From the human T2T-CHM13v2.0 reference genome, Homo sapiens, in assembly GCF_009914755.1 (NCBI RefSeq), contig NC_060928.1: a stretch of DNA of 64,000 bases, one strand, 5' to 3'. The translations under genes were made by a program, and so were the position numbers. This document shows positions 1-14,782 of the stretch, piece after piece (within the stretch, counting starts at the first letter, position 1; each line of letters begins with the position of its first letter). The notes beneath the pieces are model-generated. The model searched no databases, was not told where the DNA came from, and saw only the letters and a list, made by a program, of their open reading frames with translations.

Positions 1-217
1 CCAGGCTGGAATGCAGTGGCACTCAGCTCACTGAAATCTCTGCCTCCTGGGTTCAAGCGATTCTCCTGCCTCAGCCTCCTGAGTAGCTGGGATCACAGGC
101 GCCCGCCACCATGACTGGCTAATTTTTGTATTTTTAGTAGAGACAGGTTTTCACCATTTGGCCAGGCTGGTCTCGAACTCCCGACCTCAGGTGATCTGCC
201 CACTGTGGCCTCAGGCC
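1..217 (-). mobile_element. AluS-type SINE, cut by the window start, with its 5' end shortened
   Basis: Antisense Alu body (gctggaatgcagtggc...tttttgtatttttagtagagac...gacctcaggtgatctgccc); the usual cccaaagtgctggg segment is missing. Confidence 0.9.
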
Positions 218-1909
218 GTTTACCACATATTCTCTAGATTCGTGCAAAATAAACACATTGACAGTAAGTTCCTTAACTTTAAAGAATTTCCATATCCTTA
301 TCAGAATCAGTGTATTAATGTGACTGGGAAAAGGAGAAAATACAGCAAAATGACCCACCATTTTACTCAGTCCTGGTTTTCTTTGTTTTTCTTGAACTGG
401 GGAATTTATCAATATCATGTCTATTTCTAAAAAGTTACCTAGTCAAAAGCTTTGTAAGCAATTTCACTGTTATTCCTACTGGATAATTGAGTAAAATTTT
501 GGAGGAGGAAGACATTTTAAATTTCACTTCTTATATTCAAATCCAAGATTTTTTTCAATTTAAAATACTAAATACTGTCTTTCCATCATTTTTTTTTACC
601 ATAGATGAAATAACTTAAAGGGTAGTATGAGCTGAGAAGGGAATACAGAATGTAATTTACTCACATCTTTGTTTGATCTACTATGAAAATTTTTAAAGGC
701 TTCTTTTATGTTTGCTGCCTTGAAACATTTGAATGAACTTCATGAAAGATGTACTGAGCATGTATACCTTTATGTTCTGGTTGCTTGAGTCCTTCGAAAG
801 CTGAAGAACCTATTTTTACAAAAGAATTTTCTCAGGTACCAAGCAGCCAACCAATGATAATCACTAGTTTCTTTAGAAAACTTAAATATTCTCTGCCTTA
901 TTTTATTATGGCAAAACATATTATGGCAAATGAAATAAAGGAAAGTATTAGGAAGAATAAAGAGAAAAAGAATGTATAATTTTATGTTACCTTTATGTAA
1001 TTTATCTGGTCTATTTCCCTTGGTTTTGATTCAATGAAATGTCAATTTAGGAATTATTTATTTTAATACAGCTTTTTTTCTAAATGTTTTATAAGCATGT
1101 ATCCAACAAACATGATTTATGATAATGTTTAATCACTAAACAAAATCAATAACACAATATATTTGGAAAATACAGCACATTCAGAAGCTAGATTTTTAGT
1201 GATCTTAGCATCATATACTAAAAAGTACATTGTCTTCTGTATGAAGTCACTTCATCCCCAACTAAAATGATTATAGTTATGTGAAGTTAATAATCTGTTG
1301 TTAGATTGAAGATTCACAATATTTATATAATTTTATGTAATTTTATAAATTTTCCTATAATATAGATTTTAGAAATTACTGTCTGATTACTATCTTTTGG
1401 GACTCTTCTAAATTTCTTAAAATATTCCTCTCATAATATTTTGACATGAGAGGATAAGAGCTGCATCTGGAGAAAAGAGGCTTGGGTGTTATTAAGTCCT
1501 CAGTGTTATACCAATTACTTGCAAGAAATTAAGTCCAACTGAAATGGCTGTACTAGAAGATTACTTAAGCCATCCTCATAGATAGAATTTTTGATAAGAA
1601 TTTAGTGTCCTTTCCAAGAATCTTCAGTGACTCCCTATTTTTCCTCTGTTGCTCAGTATTTCTAACCTATTCTGCAAGGGTTTTGAATGCTTTAATTTAT
1701 CTGATACCACCTTCCAGATAAAACTATCTGGAAGTAATTAATCACTAAATTTCTGCATATATATATATATAAAATCTTGACTAGTTAATATATTTAATAT
1801 TTTGCTTCCCATTTTCTGTGACCTAATTTGTGTGCTTAGTTGTATAATTTATACACCTGTATGGTGTTTATTTTAGTACCAAACCCATAATTATGATTTT
1901 TTCTCTCAT

Positions 1910-2015
1910 AAGGCTGTGAGTCCTTTGAGAGTTTGAGAAAGGGTTTTCATTTTTTTTTTTTCATCCCACTACTGATATTGGAGCTAGTGGCACAAAAAAA
2001 AATGTTTTGGATGAA
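1910..2015 (+). mobile_element. L2 3'-end fragment
   Basis: Degenerate L2 tail (gctgtgagtcctttgag...tggcaca...aaatgttttggatgaa). Confidence 0.45.
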
Positions 2016-2019
2016 CAAG

Positions 2020-2208
2020 ATAGCCAGGATTTTGACCCCCAGGATCTTTGCCTCTGGTGTTATGCCTATAAACATGACTAGTGTTATGTTGTTACACAGT
2101 AAAAAAAAAAGACTTTGCATATGGAATCAGTGGGCCTTAAAATACATAGATTATCATGGTTATCCAGATGGGCCCAGTGTAATCCTTGGACCCTGAAAGG
2201 CAGATGAG
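2020..2208 (+). mobile_element. MLT1 (MaLR) LTR, 5' part, interrupted by an old L1
   Basis: MLT1 motif gattatc...tatccagatgggcccagtgtaatc; the LTR resumes at 12107 after the L1 TSD. Confidence 0.7.
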
Positions 2209-3404
2209 GGGGAAGTGACTTCAGCAAGAAGCAGGGTTAGGAGGTTCTCCACTTGTATCTCTTCACAGCAACAATAATTTTGCAGCCATCTGTAGGAAAA
2301 GAAAAGTGACTTTGTAGGGGTATTGGGATTCAGGAAACTCCAGTGGAGCCTAAGCCCTGGAAGAATTGTTTTGAGAGGGCAGACCCATGCCCAGGTGGCC
2401 AGATCTCTAATCATGGTCCCAACTCCAGAGCCTATCCCCCTGTAAATATATCTATATTCCTGTTTGGCTTTTGCCATGCCACCAGAACCATCCACCGAGG
2501 AATCAGGGAAGAGTCACACCCACTCAAGCCTTGAGTGACAGATCCACCAACTCAGATCCAGCTGTGAGCCATGAAACAGCTGTAAGACACAGCTCCAACC
2601 TCCCTCAACTATATTCTGAGGCCAATACTGCTTGTCCAGAGACCCACTTGGTTACCAAGTGGAATCTCTTCCAGAAACCTGGAAGAAGGCACACACATCT
2701 GTGAAATTGGTAACAAGCTCTCCATCTGTGGACATGAAAGCAGGTATTCATCCTGGTGCCAGTGCTACTGACTGAGGTCCTTATGGAAGTCCAACCCACC
2801 CAGGGACCAGACAAATCCATAATCACTGGAGTCTCCAGTAACAGGCCCACCAACCATAGACTCTGCGGCAGATTCAACAGTAGGCACATGTCCTGGCTCA
2901 AACCCCACCAGACAATTATCTTTTAAGCAACTTTATCATCCCAGATACCAAACAGGAGAAGGTCTTTACATTCTGAGACCAGTCTGTAAAGAATGAAAGT
3001 GGTATTTATTCCTTCAAATGCACAGATACCTACACAAGGCTACACAGATAATGAAATATCTTGGAAACATGATACCACCAAATGAAACAAATAAAGCTCC
3101 AGGAGCTAACCCTAAAGAAGGGGGGATCTATGAATTGCCTAAAAATAATTCAAAATAATGATTGTAAAGAAGGTCAATGAGATGCATAAGGAAACAAACA
3201 AAAAAACAGATAACTAAATGATATTAGGAAAAAAATGCATGAACAAAGTAAGGAGTTTAATAAAGAATTAGAAGCCATAAAAAAAGAAACCCAAACAGAA
3301 ATCCTGGAGCTAAAAAATACAATGATAGAAATTTAAAAAATTAATGGAGAGCTTCAGCAGCAGACCTGATCATACAGAAGACTTAGTAAACTCAAAGATA
3401 GGTT

Positions 3405-3717
3405 GGCCAGGCATGGTAGCTCACTCCTGTAATCCCGGCACTTTGGGAGACATAGGCATGAAGATAGCTTAAGGCCAGGAGTTTGAGACCAGCCTGGGAA
3501 ACATAGCAAGACCTTATCTCTACAAAAATGTTAAAATTAAATATTAGCTAGACAAGTACCAGGTTTGGTGGCACACACCTGTAGTCCTAGCTACTCAGGA
3601 GGTGGTAGTGGGAGGATCACTGGTGCCCAGAAATTCAAGGTGACAGTGAGCTATAATCCTTCCACTGCATTCAAGCCTGGGTGACAGAGTGAGACCATGT
3701 CTCTCAAAAAAAGAAAA
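3405..3717 (+). mobile_element. AluJ inserted in ORF1 of the old L1
   Basis: Diverged dimeric Alu with J diagnostics (gaggatcactggtgcccag, aacatagcaagacc) and an A-tail. Confidence 0.9.
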
Positions 3718-5412
3718 TATAGGCCAATCAGAACAAGAACAACAACAACAAAAAAAAACAAAAAGAATGAAAAAAATTAAAACAAGCATAAGGGACCTAT
3801 GGGACACCATGAAGTGTGTGAATATATGAATTAAGAGCATCCTAGAAGGAGAAAAGAGAAAAAGCCAGAAAGCTTATTTAAAGAAGTACTTACTGAAAAC
3901 TTCTACCATCTTAAGAAGGACATGGACATACAGAATAATAAAGCTCTGGGGATCTAAGCAAGATAAATTTAAAAAATCATCTAAGACACATTATAATCAA
4001 ATTGTCAACAGTCAAGAACAAAGAGAGAATTTTAAAAGCAACAAGACTTGTCACATAAAAGGGAACCTACAAAAGGCTATCAGCAGACTTCTCAGCAAAA
4101 ACCTTACAAGCCAGGAGAGAGTGGGATAATATATTAAAATTGCTGAAAGAAAAAAAAACTATCAACCAGAAATACTATACCAAGAAAAGTGGTCTTTCAT
4201 ACGTGAAGAAAAGATAAAGACATTATAGATAAACAAATGCCAAGAGAGTTCATCACCAGGAAAGCTGTCACAAGAAATTCTAAAAGGAAGTCTTTGAGTT
4301 GAAACAAAATGCTGCTAAGTAACAATGTGAACACTTAAGAAAATATAAAACTCACTGCTAAAGGTAAATATATGGTCAAATCAGAATGCTCTAATACTGT
4401 AATGGTGGCATATAAATTACTTTTAACTTTAACAGAAATGTTAAAAGACAAAAATACTAATAACTATCACTACAATAATGTATTAATGCTTACACAATAT
4501 AAAATATGCAAAGTGTGACATCAATAACATTAAATTTGAGGGGGCAGTGAAAATGTAGAGTTCTTCCATGCAATTGAAGTTAAGTTGTTATTTGCTTAAA
4601 ATAAAATTTTATAACACTAAGATGTTTTATGTAAACCCAATGGTGACTGTAAGGAAAAAAACCTGTAGTAGATACATAAAAGAGAAGCATATCATTTCAA
4701 AAAAATTCACAAATTTAAAGGAAGGCAGCAAGAGAGGAAGAAAGGAACAGGGGATCCATGAGACAGCCAGAAAACAATGAACAAAATGGCAATAGTAAGA
4801 CTATGCCTATTTATTATCTCTTTAAATGCAAATGGATTAAATTCTCCAATCAAAAGATGTAGAGTGGCCAAAAGAATTTTACAGTAGAAATCCAACATTT
4901 GCTACCTATGAGAGACCAACTTTAGCCATAAAGACAAACATAGGTTGAAAGCAAAATGACTGAAAAACAAAACCCATCTAAATTGTAAACAGAGCAAAGG
5001 TGACTATATTTATATTAAACAAAATACACTTACAATTAAAAATATCACATGAGAAACAAAGAAGGTCATTATATAAAATCATTATATAATGGGTTGATTG
5101 ATTCAAGAGAACATAACAAATGTAAGTATAAGTAAGTGCATCATATGCACCCAAAATTGACACACCTATGTATATAAAGCAAATGTTAGTAGAACTGAAG
5201 TAGATATAGACAGCAATACAATAATAGTAGGAGACTTTTATACCCCACTTTCAACATGAATAGATCATCCAGACACAAAACCTATAAGGAAGCAGTGGAC
5301 TTGAATAGTGCTATGTGGCAAATAGACCTAACAGATGTATACAGAACATTCCATCTAACAGCATCAGAATACACATTCATCTTAACTTTACTCAGAATAT
5401 TCTCCAAGATAG

Positions 5413-8114
5413 CAATTGTGAATGGGAGTTCATTCATGATTTGGCTGTCTGCTTGCCTCTTGTTGATGTGTATGAATGCTAGCAGTTTTTGCAGATCTAT
5501 TTTGTATCTGAGGCTTTGCTGAAGTGGCTAATCAGCTTAACAAGCTTTTGGGCTGAGTTGATGATGGGGTTTTCTAGACATGGAATCATGACATCTGCAA
5601 TAAAAGATAATTTGACTTCCTCTGTTCCTATTTGAATATCCTTTATTTCTTTCTCTTGCCTGATTGCCCTGGCCAGAAATTCCAATACTATGTTGATTAA
5701 GCATGGTAAGGGAGGGCATCCTTGTCTTGTGCTGGTTTTCAAGGGAAATGCTTCCAGCTTTTGCCCATTCTGTATGATATGGCTATGGGTTTGTCATATA
5801 TGGCTCTTACTATTTTGAGGTATGTTCCTTCAATACCAGTTTATTGAGAGTTTTTACCATGAAGCGATGTTGAATATTATCGAAGGCCTTTTCTATGTCT
5901 ATTGGAATAATCATATGGTTTCTGTATTTATTTCGTTTATGTGATGAATTACATTTATTGCTTTGCATATGTTGAACCAACCTTGCATTCCAGGAAGAAG
6001 CCAATTTGATTGTGTTATATAAGCTTTCTGATGTGCTGCTGGATTTCGTTTGCCAGTATTTTAATAGAGGATTTTTGCATTGATGTTCATCAGGGATATT
6101 GGCCTGAAGTTTTATTATTTTTTTGTTGTATCTCTGCCAGGTTTTGGTATCAGGATGATGCTAACTGCATCATCAGGAGTCCCTCATTTTCAATTGTTTG
6201 GAATAGTTTCACCAGGAATGGTACTCTTATTTTATGTCTGGTAGAATTCAGCTGTAAATCCATCTTGTCCTGGTCTTTTTTAATTGATAGGCTATTTATT
6301 ACTGCCTCAGTTTCAGAACTTGTTATTGGTCTATTCAGGGATTCAGTTTCTTCCTGGTTCAGTCTTGGGTAGGAATACAGGTAACAAGGGAAGTGAAGGA
6401 CCTCTTCAAGGAGAACTACAAACTACTCCTCAAGGAAATCAGAGAGAACACATACAAATGGAAAAACATTCCATGCTCATGGATAGGAAGAATCAATATT
6501 GTGAAAATGGTCATACTGCCCAGACGAATTTATACATTCAATGCTATTCCCATTAAACTACCATTGACATTCTTCACAGAATTAGAAAAAAAAAACTATT
6601 TTAAAAATCAGATGGAACCAAAAAAGAGCCTGAATAGGAAAGAGAATCCTAAGCAAAAAGAACAAAACTGGAGTCATCACACTACCTGACTTCAAACTAT
6701 ATCACAAGGCTATAGTAGCCAAAACAGCATGACACTGACAAAAACAGACACATAGGCCAATGTAACAGAATAGAGAAAACAGAAATAAGACTGCATACCT
6801 GCAATCATCTTATCTTCGACAAACCTGACAAAAACAAGCAATGGGGAAAGGATTCCCTATTTAATAAGTGGTGCCGGGAGAACTGGCTAGCCATATGCAG
6901 GAAATTGAAACTGGACCCCTTCCTTATATCTTATACAAAAATTAACTCAAAATGGAGTAAAGACTTGACTGCAAAACCAAAAACTATGAAAACCTTCGAA
7001 GAAAATCTAGGCAATACCATTCAGGACATAGGCACTGGCAAAGATTTCATGAGGAACATGTCAAAAGGAATTGCAACAAAAGCCAGAATTGACAAATAGG
7101 ATCTACTTAAACTAAAGAGTTTCTGCACAGCAAAAGAAATTATCATCAGAGTGAACAGAAAACCTACAAAATGGGAGAAAATTTTTGCAATCTGTCCATC
7201 TGACAAAGGTCTAATATCCAGAGTCTACAAGGAGCTTAAACAAATTTACAAGAAAAAAACTGAACAACCCCATTAAAAAATGAGCAAAGGACATAAATGG
7301 ACACTTCTCAAAAGAAGACATTCATGCAGCAAACAAACATATGAAAAAAAGCCTCAACATCATTGATCATTAGAGAAATGCCAATCAAAACCACAATGAG
7401 ATACCATATCATGCCAGTGAGTATGATGATTATTAAAAAATCAAGAAACAACAGATGCTGGCACAGCTGTGTAGGAAAAGATTGGTGGAAGTGTAAATTA
7501 GTTCAACCATTGTGGATACAGTGTGGTGATTTCTCACTGATCTAGAAGCAGAGATATCATTTGACCCAGCAATCCCATTACTCAGTACATAGCCAAAGGA
7601 ATATAAATCATTCTATTATAAAGATACATGCATGCATATGTTTATTGCAGCACTATTCACAATAGCAAAGATATTGAATCAACCCAAATGTTCATCAATG
7701 ATAGACTGGATGAAGGAAATGTGGTACATATATACCATGGAATACTATGCAGCTATAAAAAGGAATGAGATCCTGTTCTTTGCAGGGACATGGATGGAGT
7801 TGGAAGCCATTATCCTCATGAAACTAATGCAGGAACAGAAAGCCAAACACTGCATGTTTTTACTTATAAGTGGGAGGTGAATGATAAGAACACATGGATA
7901 CATGTTTAGGAACAACACACACTGGGGCCTGTCATTGGGGGTCAAGGGGAGAGAGAGCATCAGGAAGAATAGCTAATGGATGCTGGGCTTAATCCTAGGT
8001 GATGGGCTGATCTGTGCTGCAGACCACCGTGACACATGTTTACCTATGTAACAAACCTGCACATTGTGCACGTGTACCCTGGAACTTAAAATAAAAGTTG
8101 AAGAGAATTTAAAA
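5413..8114 (+). mobile_element. 5'-truncated, 5'-inverted L1PA (PA11-PA13-like); inverted part 5413-6369, sense part 6370-8114
   Basis: Antisense ORF2 ([12 protein letters not shown]) joins sense ORF2 at cttggg|taggaat; 3'UTR gagagcatcaggaagaatagctaatggatgctgggc; 17-bp TSD aatattctccaagatag (5396-5412) / aatattctctaggatag (8115-8131). Confidence 0.93.
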
Positions 8115-11100
8115 AATATTCTCTAGGATAGAGCATATGTTGAGCCACAAAACAAATCCTAACAAATTTAAGAAGCTTGAAATCATATCAAGTATCTTTT
8201 CTGACCACACTGTTATAAAATTAAAAATCAACAACAGGAAGAAAAATCGAAAATTGGTAAACAGTGACTTGACACAAAAGAATATTGAAACATAACTTAC
8301 CAGAATGTATGGGATGCAAACAAAAAAGCAGTTCTAGAAGGGAAGCTGTGACCAATGCCTACATTTAGAGAAAAGAAAGATACTGGATAAACAACTTAAA
8401 TTCACACCTGAAGGAAATAGAATAAAAGAACAAATTAAGCCCAAAGTTAGCATCAGGAAAGAAATAATACAGATTAGAACTGAAATAAATGAAATAGAGA
8501 CTAGAAAAACAATATATAAATCAACAAAATTCAGAGATTTTTTAATTTAAAAAAAAAAAAAAAACAAAATTGACAAAACTCCAGATAGGCTAACCAAGAA
8601 AAAGAGTGAGACTCAAATAAATAAAATGTTAAATGAAAGAAGAGAAATTACAAATTATACCACAGAAATACAAAAGATCATAATACTATGAACAAATATA
8701 CACTATTAAATTGTGTAACCAAAAGAAATGAATAAATTTGTAGAAACATGAAACCTGCCGAGACTAAATCATAAAGAAATAGAAAATCTGAACTGATCAA
8801 TAATGGGTAAGGAGATTGAATCAGTAATCAAAGAAACACCCAACAATGAAAACCTAGAATTTGATGGTTTTACAGGTTAACTCTACCAAGCCTTTAAAGA
8901 AGAAATACAACCTTCTCAAACTTTCCAAAAAATTAAAGAAGAAACACCTCCCAAACTCATTTACTATGCTAGCCTTACCTTGATACTTTGGTATCAAGTA
9001 TTAAAGACAAAAGCTTTGCCAGAGAAGGACATTATAAGAAAAGAAAATTACAGGCCAATATCCCTGATAAACGTATATGCAAAAATCCTCAAGAAAATGC
9101 TAGCAAACCAAACTCAACAGCACATTAAAAGAATCATAAACCATGATCAAGTAGGATTTATCCATGGGGTACAAGTATGGTTCAACATACACAAATCAAT
9201 AAGTGTAATATATCACATTTACAATATGTACAGTAAAAATCATATGATCATCTCAATAGATGCATAAAAATTTTTCAACACTTTTTCACGATAACAACTG
9301 TCAACAAATTAGGTATAAAACAATGTATCTCAGCATAATGAGTGGTCATATAAAACAAGCCCACAGCTAACATACTCAATAGTGAAAAGCTGAAGCTTTT
9401 CCTCTAATATCAGGAGAAAGACAAAAAAAGTCCATTTTTGCCACCTGCATTCAAGATAATACTAGAAGTCTTAGCCAGAACAATTAGGCAAAAATAAATG
9501 AATAGAAGGCATTCAAATTGGAAAGGAAGAAGTTAAGTTGTCTCTGCAAATGACATGATCTAATATATAGCAAACCCTGAAAATTCAGTAAAAACTGTCA
9601 AGCTAATAAATGAATTTGGTAAAATCGTAGATTCAATATTAAAATTCAATTTCTGAAAAGTTACAATGAGCCACCTGAAAAAGAAATTAAGAAAACAATT
9701 TCAGTTACAGTAGCATCGACGATAACAAAATATTAGGAATAATTTGAAGGAGACAAAACATCTGTACACCTAAAATTATGAGATTTTGATGAAAGAAATT
9801 GAAGAAGGCACAAATGCAAAGGTATCTCATGCTCATGGATTGAAAGAATTAATCTTGTTAAAATGTCCATACTATCCAAAGTAATCTATAAATTCATTGC
9901 AATCCTTATCAGAATTCCAATGGCATTTTTCAGAATAATAGAAAAAAATCTAAAATTTATATGGAGCCACAAAAGTCCAATAATAGCCAAAGCAATCCTC
10001 AGAAAGAAGAAAAATCTGGAGACATCACATGTACTAATTCCAAACTATATTACAAAGCTATGGTAATCAAAACATGATGGTACTGGCATAAAAACAAACT
10101 CATGGACAGATGGTATAGAATAGTGAGCCTGTAAGTAAACCCACACATATATAGTCAAAAAAGCTTTGACAAGAGCACCAAGAATACACGTTAGGAAAGA
10201 TGAGTTTCTTCAATAACTAATCTTGGGAAAACTGGATAACCACATGCAAAAGAGTGAAACTGGACCCTTGTCTTACAACATATACAAATATTAACACAAA
10301 ATGGATTAAATACTTAAATGAAAGATCTGAAACTCTAAAAGTCCTAGAAGAAAACATAGGGTAAACTCTTCTTGATATTGGTCTTGGCAATGGTTTCTTG
10401 GATATGACTCCCAAAGCACAAGCAACAAAAGCAAAAATAAACAAATGGGACAACAGCCACCTGAAAAGCTTCAGCACAGCAAAGGAAACAAAGTGAAAAT
10501 GCAACCTACAGAACAGGAGAAAATATCTGCAAACTATATGTCTGATAATTGGTTGAAATATGTAAGGAACTCATCTAACTCAATAGTGAAAAGAAAACAA
10601 ATTACCTTATTTAAAAATGGGCAAAGGACCTGAATAGACAGTTTTCCAAAGAAGACATAAAAATATCCAACAGATATATAAAAAGGTACTCAACATCATT
10701 AATTGTCAGAGAAATGCAAATGAAAATCACAATGAGATATTACTTCACGTCTCTTAGAATGGCTTTTGTTAAAAAAACAGGAGATAACAATTGTTGGCAA
10801 GTCTCTGGAGAAGCAGGGAACCCTTATATGATGTTGGTAGAAATGTAAGTTTGTAGAGCCCTGTGGAAAACAATGCAGTTTCTTCAAAGATGAAAAATAG
10901 AATTACCATAGGATCCAGAAATTCTACTTCTGGTTATATGTCCAAAGGAAATTAAATTAATATTTCAAAGATATATCTTCATCATCAGGTTGACTGCAAT
11001 ATTATTCACATAGGCACAATATGGAAACAACTTAAGTGTCAGCTGACAGATGAATGGATAGAAAATGTGATAGAGATAGATAGATAGAGATATATAGATG

Positions 11101-11397
11101 GAAAATGTCTTTTAGTCATTAAAGCAAAAAGGGAAATCCTGCCATTTGTGACAACATGGATAAACCTGGAGGGTATTATGCTAAGTGAAATAGCCAGAGA
11201 CAGAAAAACAAATCCTGTGTGATCTCACTTACGTGTAGAATCTAAAAAAGTCTAACTTACAGAAGCAGAGCGTAGAATTGTGGTTCCCAGTGGCTGGGGG
11301 TTGGAAGAAATGGGGAAAGTTGGTCAGGGGTACAAACTGTCAATTATTAGATGAATAAGTTCTGGGGATCACAGCTAATGTGAATTAGCATGGGTGG

Positions 11398-11914
11398 TGT
11401 GTTAGCCAGAGATGTCCTGTGAAACAGAACAGAAGGGTATACATAGATATATAAAAGGAGATCTATTACAGGAATTGGCTTAGGTGGTTATGGAGGATGA
11501 AAAGTCTCATGATATGTAGTATGCAAACTGGAGAACCAGGAAAGCCTATGGTGTAATTCAGTTGGAGTCTGAAAGCCTGAGAACCAGAGAAACAGCATAA
11601 CTCTCGTCCAAGGCTGAAGGCCTGAGAACCTTGTGGAGTCGTGGGTGTAAGTCCTGAAATACAGTGGCCAGAGTATGTGTAACTCTGATATCCCAGGCAG
11701 AAGAAGATGGATGTCCCAACTTTGGAAAAGATGGCTAATTTGTCCTTTTACTAATTTTTTGTTATATGGAGGCGTATCTTCTTTATTCAGTCTGTTGATT
11801 CAAATGCTAATCTCTTCCAGAAATATATCATAGACACACCCAGATAAAACATTTTACCACCTGTCTGTATATCTTGTAACCCACTCAAGTTGACGCATAA
11901 AATAAACGATGACA
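11398..11914 (-). mobile_element. MLT2 (ERVL) solo LTR inserted in the 3'UTR of the old L1
   Basis: TG...CA ends; MLT2B-like body (ggaattggctt...caaactggagaaccaggaaagcc); 5-bp TSD ggtgg / ggtag. Confidence 0.85.
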
Positions 11915-12106
11915 GGTAGTGATGAGCATGTTAATTTGATTGTAGTAATCATTACACAGTGTAAATATGTATCAAATGGCCACACTGTACACCTTCAATA
12001 TACATAATTTACACTTATCAATTAAATATTTTAAAATTAAAAATTAAAAAAAGTTAAAAAAAAAAACCACAATGAGAAAGGAATGATAAAAGGAAAGGCA
12101 GGTAAG

Positions 12107-12485
12107 CTGAGGCAACTGAAGGATTTTGATTATAAAGGGCTTTATATTTCAGCTGCCTTTGAAGATAAAGGAAGCCAGGATCGAAGAAATGCAGGCAAGC
12201 TTTAGAAGCTTAGATTACCCTTGGCAAAAGCCAGCAAGAAAAGGGGACCTCAGTTCTACAACTGCCAGAAACTGAATTTTGTTAACAACCTGCAAGTGCC
12301 TGGAAGTAAATTCTCTTCCAGAGCCTCCAGGAAAGAATGTAGCCCTGTCCACACCTTGATTTTAGCTTAGTAATACTCATGATGGACTCCTGACATTCAG
12401 AACTGTGAGATAATAAAACTTTTGTTGTTTTAACCATGATGTTTCTGGTAATTTGTTACATCAGCAAAAAAAAAACCCCTGTACA
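12107..12485 (+). mobile_element. MLT1 LTR, 3' part
   Basis: gccagcaagaaaaggggacctcagttctacaactgc...cagaactgtgagataataaa...ggtaatttgttaca; continues 2020-2208. Confidence 0.8.
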
Positions 12486-13390
12486 TTAAGTTATTGATTG
12501 TATGGTTGAATATCTTTGCTCCTCCCTTTGCCTTTACATCCCTTTCTCTTTACATACTCACATTCACCTTTCCAGGCTCAGCCTAGTCACACCACAGCAC
12601 AGGGATCTTCTCTGATGATTCCGGCTTAGACTGATCATTTTCTTCTCTGAATTTTCTTATGTGTACAACACACTTACTGCATTTTGTGTTGCCTTATTGC
12701 CTAATTGTGTGTCATACTTAATTACCCTGTTAATAATAATTTTGTATGCATATATTTTGTTTTCCATGTGGATTTGCAAACAGAGAATTAGGAGGACATT
12801 GGTGCTTATGAAATACTCATTGTTTGATTCATGTTTTTTAATTTTCAAAATATTTCTAACTAATCAAGTAATTCTTAGGTGATTTTTTAAAAAGAATTCC
12901 AGTATATTTTGAAACAGATTTCTGGCCTTAATTTTATATAAAAAAGAAAAAAACAGATGCATTAAGATAAAAGGATCCTGCACGTTGCCTTTAGGACATC
13001 CAGTAAATCACCAAAAAGAAGCAAAGCATATAAAATCAAAACATACACAACCTTTTTAAAACAGCAGGTATAGCTCAAGTTCTATAACAGTAAAGCAGCT
13101 GGTGTTAGCAATGGGTAAATAATTTATATAGGACTGAGAGGAAGTTGGAAAGACATTTCAATGTCAACTTTTTAACATATAAGATTTTCAAATTAATAAA
13201 TATAGCGTATTTGTGGTTGTGGCTACTAAAAATAAAATTCACTAAAAATTAAGACATAATTCTACTAATGAGTTTATTCTAGAAAACCTGACAGTTTTAT
13301 ATGGCATGAAAATGCATATCTTCTTTTTATTTCATTAGAAAAACATGCTGAAATATAGTATTGTTTTTTTCTTTTAAAAAAAGTAGGTCT

Positions 13391-13680
13391 GGCCTGGCGC
13401 TGTGGCTCACGCCTGTAGTCCCAACACTTTGGGAGGCTGAGGCGGGCAGATCACCTGAGGTCAGGAGTTCAAGACCAGCGTGGCCAACATGGTGAAAACC
13501 CGTCTCTACTTAAAAAAAAAAAAAAAATTAGCCAGGCATGATGGAAAGTGCCTGTAATCCCAGATGCTAAGGAGACTGAGGCAGGAGAATTGCTTGAACC
13601 CAGGAGGTGGAGATTGCAGTAGGTTGAGATCATGCCACTGCAATTCAGCCTGGGTGACAAGTGTGAAACTCCGTCTAAAA
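13391..13680 (+). mobile_element. AluS (Sq-like)
   Basis: Full dimer; 15-bp TSD aaaaaaagtaggtct (13376-13390) / aaaaaaagtagttct (13681-13695). Confidence 0.95.
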
Positions 13681-14250
13681 AAAAAAAGTAGTTCTGGTTA
13701 ACGGTAGAAAAAGAATATAAGCATAATTAGGAACCTGATAATCAGAGGTTTGCTTAGCAAAAATAGGTGAAAGAAATACTTAATATTCCTTATTTTATAA
13801 AGAACAGGCTTGAAACTAATTTCTAACATATAGCTTATGAAACCAAGAAACTTATTTTATAGGTAATGCACAAATAAGACACTTAGCCTCTAGAATTGAA
13901 AGCAATTACTGGAACTTTATTCAGAAGAGTTTCCCCCTATCTACTTATCTTACTAGCATCTCCTAATATAAATTTTAGCCTATAAAAATACTGGTCATCT
14001 CCTTCAAAGAAGTTCTAAGAAAACAAAAGATAATATATACAAATCAACCAAGCAGTGTTCACTGAGTCTCTGTATTGTGCACTGTTCCCGTCAGCTTCAG
14101 AGGAGACAGCAGGCAGAGAAATGTCATATATAAGAGAATGAGTTATGATCTGGTCACCAGAAAGCCTGCAAAATAGCTGAAGAATGAGGAAACCTATGTA
14201 AGGAAATAAAGGCAAAGAGTACATAACACTGTAAGAACTCAGCAGATCTT

Positions 14251-14565
<315 letters not shown>

Positions 14566-14782
14566 AAGAACTCAGCAGATCTTAAGAAAACTCTTAGATC
14601 TGCGGAATTTGGGTTGGTTTTTGAAATGCCCTCTCACACTTTACCTTTCTCATCCTACTCAAACCTTCAATATCTGGGTCAACAGTTATCTCAGCTCTAT
14701 GGAGTAATTTTGTTATGTTCCCACACAAAATTATTCCACTGTTTTACAACCACTCTAGCTATTTCACATTTATCCACATTTC

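Larger units (their letters stand above)
2209..12092 (+). mobile_element. Full-length decayed old LINE-1 (L1MA10-like) with three nested insertions
   Basis: 5'UTR start gggaagtgacttcagcaag; decayed ORF1 (~3070-4330) and ORF2 remnants ([15 protein letters not shown]); L1MA10-type 3'UTR and A-tail at ~12035-12066; TSD gaaaggcagatgag (2195-2208) / gaaaggcaggtaag (12093-12106). Confidence 0.85.
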
